A stretch of 64,000 nucleotides of DNA from Acidimicrobiia bacterium (lineage in GTDB: Bacteria; Actinomycetota; Acidimicrobiia; Spongiisociales; ZC4RG35): contig OZ244034.1 in the NCBI GenBank assembly GCA_965215185.1, positions 1,696,001 to 1,760,000 of the forward strand. The letters run 5' to 3'. Below the pieces are notes generated by a model, which saw only the letters and a program-made list of their open reading frames with translations, did not search any database and was not told where the DNA came from. Positions 18,013 through 28,338 of this stretch are shown piece by piece; the first letter of the stretch is position 1, and every line of letters begins with the position of its first letter. The translations under genes were made by a program, and so were the position numbers.

Positions 18013-20568
18013 ATGAGCAAGGCACTGGTGGTAGTCGAATCTCCAACCAAGGCTCGCAGCATCTCCTCCTACCTGGGACCGGACGTGATTGTGGAGTCTT
18101 CCATGGGACATGTACGAGATCTCCCCTCAAAAGAGCTGGGGGTGGATGTCGAACACGGGTTCCAGCCCAAATACGTCACCTCCCCCGGCAAGGGAAACCA
18201 AATCAAGAAACTGCGAACCGCCTTGGCGTCGGCGGACTCCCTCTATCTGGCCACCGACCGTGACCGGGAGGGGGAAGCCATTGCCTGGCACCTCACCCAA
18301 TTGCTGAAACCCAAGGTGCCGGTGAAGAGGATGGTCTTCTACGAAATCACCCCAGAGGCCATCCGCCAGGCTTTTGACAATCCCCGCGAACTCGATACCG
18401 CCTTGGTCGACTCCCAGGAGGCCCGACGAATTCTCGACCGTTTGTACGGCTATGAGGTCTCACCAGTGCTATGGAGGAAGATCAAAACCGGACTCTCGGC
18501 GGGGCGAGTGCAAAGCGTGGCGATCCGACTGGTGGTGGAAAGGGCGCGAGAGCGCATCAAGTTCGTAAGGGCCGCCTACTGGAACATAGTGGGTGAGTTC
18601 CACCCCCAAGACCATCCGGACAACCATTTCGAAGCGCAGATCGCCTCGGTGGCGAAACGACGAGTCGCCACCGGCAAGGATTTCACATCTCGAGGAGAAT
18701 TAAAGAATCCCAAGACCCTGCATCTGGGCAAAGCCGACGCAGAACGTCTGGTAACCGAACTGGCCGACTCTTCTTTTGTGGTCACCTCCCTGACCAAAAA
18801 GCCTTACAAACGTTCCCCTTCTCCTCCCTATCGGACCTCGACTCTCCAGCAAGACGCCTCTCGCCGGCTCAGGATGGCGCCGGCCCGCGCCATGCGGGCT
18901 GCCCAGCAACTCTACGAAAACGGATACATTACCTATATGCGCACCGATTCGGTGTCCATTTCCTCCGCGGCGGTCAACACCACTCGAAACCTCATCCGGA
19001 GTCACTTCGGCGACGCATACCTTCCCGCCCGTCCCCGGATCTACCGAACCAAGGTGAAATCCGCCCAAGAGGCGCACGAAGCCATCCGACCCGCCGGAAC
19101 GACCTGGAAGACTCCTCAACAGGTGACCGCCGCCATCGGGGAGGGCGATCCGTCGCGGATCTACCAGTTGATTTGGAGACAGGCGGTTGCGTCCCAGATG
19201 AAGGACGCGGTCGGGGAAACGGTCTCCGCCACTTTGAGCGGCGCTTCGTCCTCGGGCCAGATCGTCGACTTTCACGCGGTCGGGCGGACCATCACCTTTC
19301 CCGGGTTTCTCAGAGTGTATGGGGCGGCTCCAGATCCCGGTAGTGCCAAAGCAGAGAACCGCCAAAAAACCCTACCGCCCCTCTCCAGCCAACAACCGCT
19401 GGGAATAACCCGCTTGACGGCCAAGGACCATCAGACCAGACCTCCGGCCTGGTACACCGAAGCTTCCCTGATCAGGACCCTGGAAGATTTGGGTGTGGGC
19501 CGACCTTCCACTTACGCCTCCATTATCAGCACCATTCAGGACCGAGGCTATGTCTGGAGCCAGAACCAGGCACTAATTCCCACTTTCACCGCCTTTGCGG
19601 TGGTCACCCTCCTGGAGGAGAACTTTCCCAATCTGGTCGACTACCAGTTCACCGCCAAAATGGAAGATGACCTCGACCGGATCGCTGATCGACAGGAGCA
19701 GACCAAACCCTGGCTCGAACGTTTCTACTTCGGCGAGAACGGCCTCCAAGCCCTGGTGGCCACCACCCTGGAAAAGGTCGACACCCGGCTCTCCCGGAAG
19801 ATCCCGATCGGGCATGACCCCGAGGGAGAAGAGATCGCCGCCCGCATCGGCAAATACGGACCGTACCTGCAGTGGAAAGGCACCAACGTTTCCATACCGG
19901 ACCGTTTGCCTCCTGACGAGTTGACCACTGAGAAAGCCTTGGAATTGCTCGCCGAGGGAGCTTCTTCAGGTGACCGCAAGATACTTGGAACCGATCCGCA
20001 GAGCGGATTGGAGGTGCTGGCTTTGGATGGCCGGTACGGGCCCTACTTGCAGTTGGGGGAAACCCAGGCCGCCAAGACCACACCCAAACGGGTCTCCCTG
20101 CCCAAGGAAACCGAGTTGGGAGGCCTGAGCCTGGATGAGGCTCTCCGCTGGTTGAGCCTCCCCCGCCTGATAGGGACAGACCCCCAAAACAGCGAAGAGG
20201 TATTCGCTCGCTATGGCCGCTATGGACCCTATATCTCCCAGGGGAAAACCAATCGCAATCTCTCTCAGATCGAACAGCTTTTCACCATCACCATCGAAGA
20301 AGCGCTGGAAATACTGAAGACCACGCCCGCTCGGGGCAAAACCCCCGCCCTGCGGGTCCTGGGGGAGGATCCCCGCACCGGCAAACCAGTGGAATTGCGG
20401 GACGGCAGATACGGACCCTATGTGAGCGACGGTGTGACCAACGCCTCTCTGGGAAATGTGGACACCGTGGACAGCATCACTGTCGAGCGAGCCAGTGACC
20501 TCTTGGAAACTCGCCGCCAAAAACGCGGCGCTACCAAAGGCCAGGCCCGCCCCCGCCGACGCAAATAA
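18013..20568 (+). CDS. topA: DNA topoisomerase I (Topo_C repeats, no Zn ribbons)
   Basis: VVESPTKA, DRDREGE, SAGRVQS, ITYMRTD, repeated GRYGPY, basic tail. Confidence 0.98.
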   Translation: MSKALVVVESPTKARSISSYLGPDVIVESSMGHVRDLPSKELGVDVEHGFQPKYVTSPGKGNQIKKLRTALASADSLYLATDRDREGEAIAWHLTQLLKPKVPVKRMVFYEITPEAIRQAFDNPRELDTALVDSQEARRILDRLYGYEVSPVLWRKIKTGLSAGRVQSVAIRLVVERARERIKFVRAAYWNIVGEFHPQDHPDNHFEAQIASVAKRRVATGKDFTSRGELKNPKTLHLGKADAERLVTELADSSFVVTSLTKKPYKRSPSPPYRTSTLQQDASRRLRMAPARAMRAAQQLYENGYITYMRTDSVSISSAAVNTTRNLIRSHFGDAYLPARPRIYRTKVKSAQEAHEAIRPAGTTWKTPQQVTAAIGEGDPSRIYQLIWRQAVASQMKDAVGETVSATLSGASSSGQIVDFHAVGRTITFPGFLRVYGAAPDPGSAKAENRQKTLPPLSSQQPLGITRLTAKDHQTRPPAWYTEASLIRTLEDLGVGRPSTYASIISTIQDRGYVWSQNQALIPTFTAFAVVTLLEENFPNLVDYQFTAKMEDDLDRIADRQEQTKPWLERFYFGENGLQALVATTLEKVDTRLSRKIPIGHDPEGEEIAARIGKYGPYLQWKGTNVSIPDRLPPDELTTEKALELLAEGASSGDRKILGTDPQSGLEVLALDGRYGPYLQLGETQAAKTTPKRVSLPKETELGGLSLDEALRWLSLPRLIGTDPQNSEEVFARYGRYGPYISQGKTNRNLSQIEQLFTITIEEALEILKTTPARGKTPALRVLGEDPRTGKPVELRDGRYGPYVSDGVTNASLGNVDTVDSITVERASDLLETRRQKRGATKGQARPRRRK

Positions 20569-20580
20569 CCCGAGGTCACC

Positions 20581-21351
20581 GTGAAGACCTCTCCCGTCGC
20601 CGCAATCGGAGGGGGCATGTGTCTGCTTTCGGCCTTGTTGTGGGCGGGAGCAGTCTCCAGCGGCGCCGGACCTTGGGATCCCGCCCAAACGGTGGTCCTA
20701 GTCGGCGGTTTGGTGTTACTGGCCACCGCGGCCCTGGTGGGAATGGTGGTGAAAGGCTCCCGTTGGGGCCGCCAACTGGCCGCAGGGCTGGCCGCAGCAG
20801 AACTGGCAGTGGCGATGCTCGCGCCCATCTCCGGTTGGTGGTGGGCCGCGGTTGGACTGTCCGGAGCAACCCTGGCGCTGGTTGGAGGACCTTGGCTTGT
20901 CACGGAGCAGGGCCGCCGCGCACCTTCGCTCGGCCCCCCTTCCCAGGCGGTCCTGCTTCTCTGCGTTCTGGCCTGTGTGCCTGTGGCCCTGGCCGCGGTG
21001 TCGGTGAACGGAATGGGAGGCGGTTGGGTGCTGGCGGCGCTATCGGCAGTTGTAGCGCTGGCCTATGCCAAGGCCCTTCCCGGGTCTCTGTTCTCCGCCC
21101 GTTTTCTGATTCCCGCCGTCGGGGTGGCGACCGCTTTCACCACTCCCTGGCCGGGGTGGACAGTGGCGGTGGGCGGAAGCTGCACAGCAGCTTGGGCTGC
21201 CTGGTCCGAAGGGGCGCGCCTGGCGGTGCATCCCCTGGTTGATACCCGACCCACCCCTACTCCCGGACCGACGCCGCTGCGAATCAAGTCGTCAAGAGAA
21301 ACGGCGGGGACGCGCCGCCCCGCCGGGAATACCGAGCAGAAGTCGGGATGA
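20581..21351 (+). CDS. Hypothetical integral membrane protein
   Basis: Hydrophobic ORF with ~8 TM segments, SD GAGG, 12 nt after topA. Confidence 0.7.
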   Translation: MKTSPVAAIGGGMCLLSALLWAGAVSSGAGPWDPAQTVVLVGGLVLLATAALVGMVVKGSRWGRQLAAGLAAAELAVAMLAPISGWWWAAVGLSGATLALVGGPWLVTEQGRRAPSLGPPSQAVLLLCVLACVPVALAAVSVNGMGGGWVLAALSAVVALAYAKALPGSLFSARFLIPAVGVATAFTTPWPGWTVAVGGSCTAAWAAWSEGARLAVHPLVDTRPTPTPGPTPLRIKSSRETAGTRRPAGNTEQKSG

Positions 21352-21608
21352 GACGCAGGCCCAACCCCTGGATCGCAATGCCGTCGCTGGCGGCCGCGCT
21401 GTTCGGTGGCGGTTTGGGATGGGTGGTGAATGATGTTGCGTGCCGCTCCGACCTGGGATCAACCTGTGTGGGGAAATCTCTTTTTTGGGGTGTGAGCGGA
21501 TTTTTTCTGGGATTGGTGGGGATGGCGGTGGTCATGGTGCTGGTATCCCGCTCCATAGCCGAATGGCGGGAATACCAGGGGCGGGGGCCCGAAGACCCCC
21601 GCCCCTAA
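21348..21608 (+). CDS. Small hypothetical 2-TM protein
   Basis: ATGA overlap with upstream gene; two TM helices with a Cys pair in the loop. Confidence 0.7.
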   Translation: MRRRPNPWIAMPSLAAALFGGGLGWVVNDVACRSDLGSTCVGKSLFWGVSGFFLGLVGMAVVMVLVSRSIAEWREYQGRGPEDPRP

Positions 21609-21637
21609 TCGTTTTCTTTAGTTCTGAGACAACTGAC

Positions 21638-22549
21638 TCAGCCGGAGACGAATCCTTTGTCTGCCAACCATTCGGCGGCGATGTCCGCCGGATCTTCCTG
21701 ATCGATCCCCGCCCGGCGGTTCATTTCGGTCAACTCCGGGGTAGTGATAGCCGCTGAAACCTTGTCCAACAGCTCCACTAGATCGTCACCGTAGGCGTCC
21801 ACGATGTCCAGACGCACCGCCGGCACGATGTTCTCCGCCGGATTGAGACCCCGGTCGTCATCCAAAAGCACCAGGCCCTTGGCGGCGATCACCCCGTCGG
21901 TGGTGAAGAGCACGCCCACATCAATGTCACCTGACACCAGGGCCGCCACCGTAAGAGGGCCCCCCACGTCCAGAGGCTTGAATTCGGCGAAGGTCAGTCC
22001 GTAGACACTCTCTAGACCCGGCAGGCAATTGAGCCGCTCTGGGCATTCCGGCGGGCCGCCGAACACCAGGCCGGAGGCGATGGGCGACAGATCGCTTACC
22101 TTCCCAAGCCCATAGGAGGCAGCCGTATCGCCAGTTACTACAAAGCCGTTCTTGTCCTGGGCAGGCGCGTAGCCCAACAAGGTCACGCCTTCGGGTTCGA
22201 AGGCATCCTTGACGGCTTGCCAGGTTGCCTGCTCATCGGCACTGGGTGTCACACCCAGGAAATTGCCCAGGCTTCCCGTGTACTCGGGGACCAAGCTGAT
22301 CTCACCCGATTGAAGGGCAGGTTTCACAACCTCTCGAGAGCCCAGACCGAGACTCCGTTCTACGGGATAGCCTTCGTCTTCCAACACCTGAGCATAGATC
22401 TCACCGAGAATGAGACTTTCTCCGAAATTGAAGGAGGCCACCACTATGGTGGGGCCATCGGCGTCGTCACCCGACCCGCAAGCGCCGGCCACCAAGGCCA
22501 TAGCTAACAGAGTCGCCCCAACAGCGCCCTTGCGCAAGAATTGCCACAT
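21638..22549 (-). CDS. Osmoprotectant (glycine betaine/choline-type) ABC transporter substrate-binding lipoprotein
   Basis: Lipobox AGAC; NFGES, PEYTGS, FTTDG, ENIVP. Confidence 0.93.
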   Translation of the reverse strand: MWQFLRKGAVGATLLAMALVAGACGSGDDADGPTIVVASFNFGESLILGEIYAQVLEDEGYPVERSLGLGSREVVKPALQSGEISLVPEYTGSLGNFLGVTPSADEQATWQAVKDAFEPEGVTLLGYAPAQDKNGFVVTGDTAASYGLGKVSDLSPIASGLVFGGPPECPERLNCLPGLESVYGLTFAEFKPLDVGGPLTVAALVSGDIDVGVLFTTDGVIAAKGLVLLDDDRGLNPAENIVPAVRLDIVDAYGDDLVELLDKVSAAITTPELTEMNRRAGIDQEDPADIAAEWLADKGFVSG

Positions 22550-22665
22550 GGGTATTTATCTCCTGTTAATAGGTTACTGACAGCAGGACATCCACAGGGG
22601 ACACCCGCCTGGTAATGAGATGCTACCCCACCTGGGAATGGTGCAAATCAGACGGTGGGTGGAGT

Positions 22666-23349
22666 CTACCGGCTGCCCTCACCCAAAGCCCCCCTTGGAA
22701 CAAGGCGACGTTGCCCGCGACTAAAGATCATCTCCGCCAGCACGGCCAGCGTAGCCACCAGCACTGCTCCTATCAACAACTCTCCCTGATCCCGTTGGGC
22801 GAATCCGTCCACTATGAAGCGGCCCAGGCCTCCCCCCGCCGCCAGAGCCGCCAGGGTTGCGGTGGCTATCACCTGGGAAACAGCGATCCGCACCCCTTCG
22901 GCGATCACCGGTAGGGCCAGCGGCAACTCCACTTTCAGCAGGACTGCCCTTCCAGTCATTCCCATGCCCAAGGCCGACTCCAACACTGCCGGGTTAACCG
23001 CCAGCACCCCGGCCACCGTGTTGGTGAACATCGGGGGCCCGCTCAAAGCGATCAAAGCAATCAGAGCGGGCCATGGACCCAAACCCAGCCACACCACCAC
23101 TATCACCAGAATCCCGAATGTGGGCACCGCCCGGCCGATGTTCACCACTGCAGATGCGGCCAGCACCCCTCGACGCCGATGGGCAGCCCAAAGGGCGGGT
23201 GGGATCACCAGCACTGATGCGACTATCAGCGCCGCGGCCGACAGCAACAAGTGTTCGGCCAGCCGGAGCGGAATGCTTCCCGTCCCCCACCAGGTGCCCG
23301 GGTCAACCAAGAACAACTGGATTTCTTCGAGAAGAGGCAGGTTGGTCAT
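22666..23349 (-). CDS. Osmoprotectant ABC transporter permease
   Basis: ESALGMGM EAA motif, VELPLALP, GGLGRFI. Confidence 0.93.
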   Translation of the reverse strand: MTNLPLLEEIQLFLVDPGTWWGTGSIPLRLAEHLLLSAAALIVASVLVIPPALWAAHRRRGVLAASAVVNIGRAVPTFGILVIVVVWLGLGPWPALIALIALSGPPMFTNTVAGVLAVNPAVLESALGMGMTGRAVLLKVELPLALPVIAEGVRIAVSQVIATATLAALAAGGGLGRFIVDGFAQRDQGELLIGAVLVATLAVLAEMIFSRGQRRLVPRGALGEGSR

Positions 23350-23993
23350 GCCACCGATCGCCTAGTCCAAGGGGTGAACAACCGTTCAGCCCATAACAAC
23401 CCAACATCAATAACCACGGCCAGCACCACCGATCCAACAGTTCCAACGATGATTTGAGTCCAAAAAAAGCTCCGCAGACCCGCCAGAATGAAGAACCCCA
23501 AGCCTCCTTGGCCCAAAATCGAGGTGATGGTGACCAGTCCCACAGTGGTGACCGCCGCGATCCTGATTCCCGCCATGATCACCGGCAGAGCCAGGGGAAA
23601 CTCGGCTCTCCAAAAACGGCGACGGGGGGTGAAACCCATCCCGTCGGCGGCTTCTTTGACCCCTCGAGAAACCCCGTCAATGCCGGCCACTGTGTTACGC
23701 ACGATTATCAGGAGGGTGTAGCCGACCAGGCCTATCTCTGACGTAAGAGTGGACAACCCCGTAAAAGGAACCAGGAAAGCAAACAGCGCCAGGGAAGGAA
23801 TGGTGTAGAGAATGTTGGTGGCAGAAGTTATCGGCCCGTACCATCTTCGCCTTCGCACAGCCAACACCGCCAGCCCGATGGCGATCACGGTCCCTACCAA
23901 CACCGCCACTCCGGTCAGGAAGATGTGCTCCCAAGTCCTCTCCAAAACGGCGATCCAGTTGCGGGCTATCCACTCCCAGTTGATAAAGGTCAC
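23346..23993 (-). CDS. Osmoprotectant ABC transporter permease
   Basis: YTIPSLAL, EAADGMG, EFPLALP. Confidence 0.93.
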   Translation of the reverse strand: MTFINWEWIARNWIAVLERTWEHIFLTGVAVLVGTVIAIGLAVLAVRRRRWYGPITSATNILYTIPSLALFAFLVPFTGLSTLTSEIGLVGYTLLIIVRNTVAGIDGVSRGVKEAADGMGFTPRRRFWRAEFPLALPVIMAGIRIAAVTTVGLVTITSILGQGGLGFFILAGLRSFFWTQIIVGTVGSVVLAVVIDVGLLWAERLFTPWTRRSVA

Positions 23994-25138
23994 CCCCCGC
24001 CCTTCGCTTCACGGTGTTCCCCCAGTGCCTCTGACACCATCGTCAAGTCCACCAAACCCCAGTAAAAGCCATCCTCGGCCACCACCGCGATATCCCGGCG
24101 GGACCCCACCATCGTATCCACCGCCTGCCGCAGGGAAGCGTTTCGGCGGATGACAGAGAAAAACGGACGAGCCGTCAATCCTTCCAGTGACGAGACGTGC
24201 TCCAGGTCGGAGACCGGAATCCAGCCTCGGAGAAGCCCTTCCGACAGTAAGCCCACCCAATCCGTTCCCTCTCTACGAGCCGCTTCTCGGGCGACATGGG
24301 GAGTGGTGGAGACTTCCACAACCGGTCCCCATTTGAGGCGAAGCTCGGCAACCCTCCGAAGAGCCAGCCGCTGCAGATTCCGCTCCCCCCCGATGAATTC
24401 TTCAACAAACCGATTGGCGGGATTACTCAGAATGGCGGCAGGGGAACCCTTTTGCTCCAATACTCCACCCACATTGAGAATGACAATCTGATCACCCAGC
24501 TTCAAGGCCTCTTCGACGTCGTGAGTAACGAAAACGATGGTCTTGCGAAGCCTCTTTTGGAGATCGAGCAACTCATCCTGTAGCCGGTGGCGAACGATGG
24601 GATCCACCGCTCCGAACGGCTCGTCCATCAGAAGCACCGGCGGATCAGCCGCCAATGCCCGAGCCACCCCTACCCGCTGCTGCTGACCTCCTGACAGAGC
24701 AGCCGGATAACGATCAAGCAGCGACTCGTCCAAACCCACCAGCCCGGCCAATTCCAAAGTGCGTTCCGCGGTCCGCTCTGGTGGCCATCCCAATAGCTCG
24801 GGGACGGTACCGATGTTGCGCCGCACCGTCCAGTGGGGAAATAGCCCAACCTGCTGTATCACGTATCCGATCGACCGCCGCAGCAGGTGGGGCTCTCCGT
24901 CTCGGACCGGAGCACCATTCACTTCTATGTACCCCGAGGTGGGCTCGACCAGTCGGTTGATCATCTTCAAAACTGTGGTCTTCCCACACCCCGACGGTCC
25001 CACCAGAACCACGATTTCTCCACTGAGGATCTCCAGGCTCAGGCATTCCACGGCCGGGGATGCAGAGTCGCCGTAGGTCTTGGAGACCTCTCTTAAGGAA
25101 ATCATGGGACGGCTCCCAGCTTCACCCGACGTCATCAT
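23990..25138 (-). CDS. Osmoprotectant ABC transporter ATPase with C-terminal CBS pair
   Basis: GPSGCGKT, GYVIQQ, LSGGQ, LMDEPFGAVDP. Confidence 0.95.
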   Translation of the reverse strand: MMTSGEAGSRPMISLREVSKTYGDSASPAVECLSLEILSGEIVVLVGPSGCGKTTVLKMINRLVEPTSGYIEVNGAPVRDGEPHLLRRSIGYVIQQVGLFPHWTVRRNIGTVPELLGWPPERTAERTLELAGLVGLDESLLDRYPAALSGGQQQRVGVARALAADPPVLLMDEPFGAVDPIVRHRLQDELLDLQKRLRKTIVFVTHDVEEALKLGDQIVILNVGGVLEQKGSPAAILSNPANRFVEEFIGGERNLQRLALRRVAELRLKWGPVVEVSTTPHVAREAARREGTDWVGLLSEGLLRGWIPVSDLEHVSSLEGLTARPFFSVIRRNASLRQAVDTMVGSRRDIAVVAEDGFYWGLVDLTMVSEALGEHREAKGGG

Positions 25139-26082
25139 CGGCAGGTTTGGTCAGAGCAACCGGCTACCGAACCGACTAGACGTCCCTGCGGGTCGATCAC
25201 CGGGATAGGAGAGTCGCCAAACCACTCGATCTGGCTCTGCAGATCGGACAGGGCGTCGACCATCCCGATGGAACGGGCCTTCTCCATGGCGTGGGCAACC
25301 GGGCTCTCCTCCCCAGCGACCAACAACGATGACCTGCGCACCAGTCCAACCAACCCTCCGTTTTCCGCCACCGCCAGCAACTCGTTGGAATGCAGACGCA
25401 GTACATCAGCGGCGTGATGGTAGGGACTGACAAAACGCGGGGCGTCCATGATCTGGAAGACCCGGAGAGGGGCGGACCGGACGATCACCACTCCCCCCGC
25501 GGCCCTCTGCCGCAGCCGGGCGCCCCGTCCGAACAACACCCGCTGAAACCAGTTGCCTCCTGGGGCGCCGATCACCAATAGGCACTGGGGGGGAAGCTGG
25601 GATATGAGATGTCCAGCGCTATCCGCGCCCATCAACCGGTACTCAAGATCGGGAACATGGGGGAACAGGCTTTCCACTACCGACACCGCCCCCTCCCGCA
25701 ATTCGTCACCGCGAAAGGCACAAGCCATGAATGAGGGGACCTGCAACCTCTCTCCCAGGCGGCGGGCCACCAACACCGCCGCGCGAGAATGCGGACCCCC
25801 TGCCACCGCGGCTACCACCGACCGGACCTTGCCGGGAACAAAATCGACAGGGACCACCACATTCAGCAGGGTGGAGTGGGGTAGCCTTCGAGAAACCAAC
25901 ACCGTGGAATGCCATTGCACCGCCGTGTCCACCAAATCTGAGACTACCCGCACCGGTTCATGGCTTCCAAGCAACTCCGCCAACGCCCGACAGCCCCGAC
26001 CACGAGTCCACAAAACCGGAACCGGCAGGCCGGTACGGGGAAGGGACAGTGCGGTGCCATCGAGAAATGACAAATCTGCCAC
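25135..26082 (-). CDS. USP-like plus CBS domain protein
   Basis: VVAAVAGGPHS...LLVIGAP..FQRVLFG (USP-like); C-terminal AVAENGGLVGLV and PVIDPQGRLVG (CBS); ATGA overlap with the ATPase. Confidence 0.72.
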   Translation of the reverse strand: MADLSFLDGTALSLPRTGLPVPVLWTRGRGCRALAELLGSHEPVRVVSDLVDTAVQWHSTVLVSRRLPHSTLLNVVVPVDFVPGKVRSVVAAVAGGPHSRAAVLVARRLGERLQVPSFMACAFRGDELREGAVSVVESLFPHVPDLEYRLMGADSAGHLISQLPPQCLLVIGAPGGNWFQRVLFGRGARLRQRAAGGVVIVRSAPLRVFQIMDAPRFVSPYHHAADVLRLHSNELLAVAENGGLVGLVRRSSLLVAGEESPVAHAMEKARSIGMVDALSDLQSQIEWFGDSPIPVIDPQGRLVGSVAGCSDQTCR

Positions 26083-26155
26083 ACTAACCAGGTTAACGCA
26101 CCTGTAAGACCTCCCAGATCATTGCACGTTCGACTATCTGAGAAAGAAGCAACGG

Positions 26156-26758
26156 ATGGAGTTCAACAAAGTAATCAAAAGGAGGAGGATGGTACGCAAT
26201 TACCATCCCGGTCCCATCTCCTCGGAGGCAGTGGAGCGGATCGTAACCGCCGCGCTGTCCGCTCCCTCGGCCGGATACTCCCAGGGACAGTCCCTGGTAG
26301 TGATCACCGATAGACCCACCCGTGCCAATATCGCCAGCTTGGCCGACGAGCCTCGGTATGTGGCCCAAGGTTTTGATCCATGGTTGTCCAATGCCGCTGT
26401 CCACATTGTGTTGTGTGTCTCCGCCGAGGCGTACCAGCGCCGCTATCGGGAGCCGGACAAGATAGCATCCCGCCGATCCGAAACGCCATGGCCCGTGCCT
26501 TACTGGTGGGTGGACGCCGGCGCTTCGCTGATGGCGATACTGCTGGCGGCAGTGGATGAGGGACTGGCCGGCGGGTTTCTGGGCGCCCACGCTGTTCCCG
26601 GTTTGGCCGAGTTTCTGGGTGTGCCTGATCACACCACGCCGGTGGGAGTGGTCACCATCGGCTTTCCCGCTGCGGATCGGCGTTCCACCTCACTGAACCG
26701 GGGAAAGCGGCCCCGATCGGAAGTGGTGCACTACGGGCGCTGGAGCAGCCCATCCTGA
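26156..26758 (+). CDS. Nitroreductase family protein
   Basis: RRRMVRNY, APSAGYSQ, WWVDAG, LLAAVDEGL. Confidence 0.93.
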   Translation: MEFNKVIKRRRMVRNYHPGPISSEAVERIVTAALSAPSAGYSQGQSLVVITDRPTRANIASLADEPRYVAQGFDPWLSNAAVHIVLCVSAEAYQRRYREPDKIASRRSETPWPVPYWWVDAGASLMAILLAAVDEGLAGGFLGAHAVPGLAEFLGVPDHTTPVGVVTIGFPAADRRSTSLNRGKRPRSEVVHYGRWSSPS

Positions 26759-26856
26759 CCACAGCTTTGGGTAATCCCAGGCGTGATCGACCGCCTCAAT
26801 CGGGGCATGCTCTCCACCCGGCGGCCTCGTGGCCACGGCGTAACTAGTCTGCAAAG

Positions 26857-27768
26857 ATGCTTCGTCGGGGGTTATTGGCTGGACTTGCGATGGCGGTGGC
26901 GTCTTGCATAGCGGTGGAGACACCCCCATCCACCACATCTGCCGCACCGACCAGCGCCGCTACCACCGCCGCTACCACCACCACTAGCGCCTCATCCACT
27001 TTCCCAACACCCAGTCTCACCACCTCCACCACCCGGCTCACCGAGACTGCACTCCCACCCATCCCTCCCTGTCTTACCCCCGAACCCGACTTCGGAAGTG
27101 AGGGCGAGATCAGCAATTACGATCCGACCGGCTCGGATTCCGCCCTTCTGGCCACTATCGACTGGCACTCCTGGGAAGAGTGCGAGCGTTTTTTGTTTTC
27201 TCTGGCCAGCACGGAGGGAGCGCCCACCTTGGTCCCACCCTCTGCGGTTCTGGTCTCCTTTTCCGAGGAAGGAGTGATGCGCCTTTCCCTAGGGCCGGAG
27301 GTCGGCACTTCAGCGATCTCCTTCCAACTGGTGAACACCCGACTGGTGGACCGCGTCTACGTGGTGAAAGCCTCCGGAGGAGGACTGCTGGTGGACCTTC
27401 ACTTGGCCGAACCGGCTTCCGCCAGGATGATCCCCAGTTCCGGTCCGGCCACCCTCACAGTGGACCTTCGGCCCGAGGGCCTGCCATTCTCCAATCAGCC
27501 GACGATCACCTCCAAAGCGGTGCTGTTCCTACCCGAGGGGGAGGAGTTCTACTACCCGTTCACGGTGAGTGGGTACCTGAGCCCCGGAACCGAAGAGTCA
27601 GTTGCCACCCTGAGCGGCGTGGGTGGAATCAGCACTGAAGCCGATTTCCCCTTGGCGGGCGCCGACGACCTTTGGTCGACTTTCGTGGCCGTTTTCCTGG
27701 AAGGCCCAACCGGATGGGCCACCCTCCGGGTTGAAGACGCCGAAGCCCGATTGTTCTTCGGGGCGTGA
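26857..27768 (+). CDS. Hypothetical lipoprotein with Thr/Ser-rich linker
   Basis: Lipobox AVASC, low-complexity T/S tract, beta-rich domains; TAGTCT -10 6 nt upstream. Confidence 0.75.
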   Translation: MLRRGLLAGLAMAVASCIAVETPPSTTSAAPTSAATTAATTTTSASSTFPTPSLTTSTTRLTETALPPIPPCLTPEPDFGSEGEISNYDPTGSDSALLATIDWHSWEECERFLFSLASTEGAPTLVPPSAVLVSFSEEGVMRLSLGPEVGTSAISFQLVNTRLVDRVYVVKASGGGLLVDLHLAEPASARMIPSSGPATLTVDLRPEGLPFSNQPTITSKAVLFLPEGEEFYYPFTVSGYLSPGTEESVATLSGVGGISTEADFPLAGADDLWSTFVAVFLEGPTGWATLRVEDAEARLFFGA

Positions 27769-27831
27769 GCGCCGGCTCACAGCTTCAACAATACGAGGAA
27801 TTAACCTCGACGGGCCAATGTGGTCGCCAAG

Positions 27832-28338
27832 CTACAGCAACCCGGGAATGTCCGCCAGGGTGAGATACCCCTCTTCCAAGTTGACCGAGGGCACCAACTC
27901 ATCCACAAAGGGGACCTGCCGCGGCCCCGATTCCGTCTCTATCACCAGGCGCTGCTGGACCGCGGCGTATTCCACCTCCGTCACCCTGCCTACCACCTCG
28001 CCGGATGGGGTTCTGGCCTCCAGGCCTTCCAACTGATCCGGCCAAAACTCCTGGGAATCCAGGGTTCGACGCTGATGTTCCTCAATGAAGACCTCCAAGC
28101 CCCTTAGCTTTTGGGCTGAGACTCGATCAGAGATACCGGCGAATTTGACCAGCAGCCGGTCGGGGTGCGGGCGGATCTTTTGGACCGACATCTGCCTCCC
28201 AGCCACAATCAACCTGGAGCCAGGGACAAAGCGATGCGGATCGTCAGTGTCCGGCTGGACATAGACCGTTCCATCCAAACCGTGGGGAGGCCCTATCCGC
28301 CCCACCGGAACGTACTCAATCGAGGAATTCGATCTCAA
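27832..28338 (-). CDS. rimM: Ribosome maturation factor RimM
   Basis: VGRIGPPHGLDG, LRG, VPFVDELVPSV; exact start uncertain. Confidence 0.93.
   Translation of the reverse strand: MRSNSSIEYVPVGRIGPPHGLDGTVYVQPDTDDPHRFVPGSRLIVAGRQMSVQKIRPHPDRLLVKFAGISDRVSAQKLRGLEVFIEEHQRRTLDSQEFWPDQLEGLEARTPSGEVVGRVTEVEYAAVQQRLVIETESGPRQVPFVDELVPSVNLEEGYLTLADIPGLL

Noticed and set aside
26920-27060. ACC-rich low-complexity tract
   Set aside because: Explained by the Thr/Ser linker of the lipoprotein
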